This document shows, in pieces, positions 62,123 through 64,000 of a DNA stretch of 64,000 nt (its first letter is position 1; each line of letters begins with the position of its first letter). Under the pieces are notes generated by a model. It was not told the DNA's origin, ran no database searches, and saw only the letters and a list, made by a program, of their open reading frames with translations. The DNA is from an uncultured delta proteobacterium. Lineage in GTDB: Bacteria; Desulfobacterota; Desulfomonilia; UBA1062. The translations under genes were made by a program, and so were the position numbers. Location of the stretch: positions 224,001-288,000 of the forward strand of contig CAWCTR010000007.1 in NCBI GenBank assembly GCA_963798485.1, in the 5' to 3' direction.

Positions 62123-62911
62123 ATGCCCAGGACCTTCATAGACCTGTCCATTGCCATTGAAAACAGCCTGCCTAGCGATCCGCCCATGATGATCCCCAAG
62201 GTAACGTATCTCGATCACAGGCTTGGGGCGGAGACCATGAAGCTCTTCTATCCCGGCCTTACGGAGAAGGACCTTCCCGGCGGCATGGGATGGGCTATCG
62301 AGATACTGGAGGTATCAACGCACGCAGGCACACACATGGATGCGCCCTGGCATTACCACCCAACCCAGGACAAAGGGGCGCCTGCGCTGACCATCGACCA
62401 GTTCCCCTTGGAATGGGCTGTCGGGAATGGTGTGAAAGTGGATTTTTCTGCAAAACCCGACGGGTATAATATCACCTCCGAGGACATCAGGAAGGAACTC
62501 GACGTAATAGGCTATTCGCTTCAGGAGGGAGATATCTTCCTTGCCCAGAGCGGGGCGGCCCCCTACTGGGGAAAACCCGAATACCTCGTGAAAGGCTCAG
62601 GATTCGGCCACGAGGCCACAATATGGCTTGTGGAGCAGGGTGTACACGTGGTGGGCACCGACGCCTGGAGCTGGGACAGGCCGTTGCCGTTCCAGGCACG
62701 GGATTTCGAGCGAACCAAAGATGCCTCCGTAATCTGGGAAGGTCATTTTGCAGGCATCGAAAAAGGGTACTTCCAGATCGAAAAGCTCACCAACCTGGAC
62801 AAGCTCCCGACAACCGGCTTTACCTTCTATTGCTTTCCCATTAAGGTCAAGGGGGCAAGCGCGGGGTGGGTCAGGGCGGTGGCTGAGATAAAATTGATAA
62901 GGGGGGCTTAA
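62123..62911 (+). CDS. Cyclase family (KynB-like) metal-dependent hydrolase
   Basis: THAGTHMDAPWH, GTDAWSWD, IEKLTNL. Confidence 0.88.
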   Translation: MPRTFIDLSIAIENSLPSDPPMMIPKVTYLDHRLGAETMKLFYPGLTEKDLPGGMGWAIEILEVSTHAGTHMDAPWHYHPTQDKGAPALTIDQFPLEWAVGNGVKVDFSAKPDGYNITSEDIRKELDVIGYSLQEGDIFLAQSGAAPYWGKPEYLVKGSGFGHEATIWLVEQGVHVVGTDAWSWDRPLPFQARDFERTKDASVIWEGHFAGIEKGYFQIEKLTNLDKLPTTGFTFYCFPIKVKGASAGWVRAVAEIKLIRGA

Positions 62912-63193
62912 ATGACCAAGAGTAAGGGGTTCTGGTATATCATGATGGCTGGAGCGGTCTGCGGGTGGATCTTCACGGTCACCGGCCTTGTCAAGCCTTT
63001 CAAAAACGAGACGCTCAAGAAGCTCTGGAAATCGGTTGCCTTCACATGGCTCTTCGGTCATCCCCTTGAGCTTCTCATTTCGCGCGGCGTAGGTGCAGCG
63101 TCCGGTATCTCACCGAAGAGCACCCTCATCAAGACGCTCGTGTACGGCATCACCTGGTGGCTGCCTGTGAAACTCGGTGTGTTCAAGGACTAA
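62912..63193 (+). CDS. Small hypothetical membrane protein
   Basis: Abuts the cyclase stop codon; hydrophobic segments. Confidence 0.6.
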   Translation: MTKSKGFWYIMMAGAVCGWIFTVTGLVKPFKNETLKKLWKSVAFTWLFGHPLELLISRGVGAASGISPKSTLIKTLVYGITWWLPVKLGVFKD

Positions 63194-63293
63194 AGAATGG
63201 GATGGAACGGCTATGAAGGCACTTTCATTTTTTACTACCCATATCCATTGATTTTCTTTTAGAATCTATTTATCCAAGGTGAGGGGCAAGTCT

Positions 63294-64000
63294 ATGAACA
63301 GCATGCTCTATATTGTCTATGGAATCGGGGCGGATTCAGTGGGGCTGGTGGGGGCCATTACCTCCCCTATCGCCCAGGTCAAGGGCAACATCGTGGATAT
63401 GCGCCAGGATGTGATGCATGGGCTCTTCACCATCTACCTTGTGGTGGACCTGGCCAAGGCAGAAGTCCCGGTCAAGGAATTCAGGGGCATCGTTGAGAAG
63501 ATATCGAGCGACACGGGCATCAAGCTCTCCATCGACAAATACACCCCCATCCCCCGCGGTGTGGACAGGAAGAACATGCTGGTCACGCTGGTGGGGAAAG
63601 ACAAGTCGGGCATCATTGCAGTCATCACCGAAAAGCTCGGCATGTACAACATCAACATCGAGGTCTCGGATGTGGTGGCCCGCGAGAACATCTTCCTCAT
63701 GGACCTCCTGTGCGACGTGAGCAAGGGGGCGCTACCCACGGAAAACTTGAAATCGGCCATCCGTGAGGCCATGCTCTCCATCCGGATCAACACCATGTTC
63801 CAGACCGAAGATGTGTTCAACAAGAAAAAGAAGATTGTCATGTTCGATATCGCGCAGAGTTTCATGGAAGCCGCCTTCATGCGCGAGATCATGAAACACG
63901 CCGGTATAAAGCCTGAAGCCCTCGATAAGACAACCCCCGGGCAGACCGACCTTGCATACATGCATGCAACGGCAAGCCTGCTGGAAGGCCTGCCCCTATC
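63294..64000 (+). CDS. ACT-ACT-HAD protein, SerB (phosphoserine phosphatase)-like; runs off the window end
   Basis: GADSVGLV and GKDKSGII ACT motifs followed by KKKIVMFD; not in the ORF track because it has no stop in the window. Confidence 0.65.
   Translation, partial: MNSMLYIVYGIGADSVGLVGAITSPIAQVKGNIVDMRQDVMHGLFTIYLVVDLAKAEVPVKEFRGIVEKISSDTGIKLSIDKYTPIPRGVDRKNMLVTLVGKDKSGIIAVITEKLGMYNINIEVSDVVARENIFLMDLLCDVSKGALPTENLKSAIREAMLSIRINTMFQTEDVFNKKKKIVMFDIAQSFMEAAFMREIMKHAGIKPEALDKTTPGQTDLAYMHATASLLEGLPL

Overview
GC-rich bacterial chromosome segment, probably Desulfobacterota/deltaproteobacterial (inferred from gene order such as rho-rpmE-prfA-prmC-murA-hisD and pgpA-cinA-thpR-recA-pilT-recX-alaS). 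Most of the window is housekeeping and metabolic genes (moaA, flhG, smc, purL/Q, a class III PHA synthase locus, asnS, his genes, flgL-fliW, recR). The main accessory region is 37.7-45.0 kb, just after tRNA-Gly(GCC). Two ~204-bp structured elements in inverted orientation bracket an integrase-less integron cassette array (GIY-YIG cassette and DUF2971-like cassette). A chloroplast-like (IIB-type) group II intron (38992-43200) sits on the top strand in the attC R' core, and its EBS1 loop (CUAACG) is the complement of the canonical attC end CGTTAG. A second, class E-like group II intron (41227-43167) is nested at the start of domain VI of the first. Other oddities: a DUF2793-like insert in FlgL, an A9-tract frameshift in recX, an LSEGE signature in SMC, and several apparently leaderless genes. 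All calls are by eye; no database searches were run.
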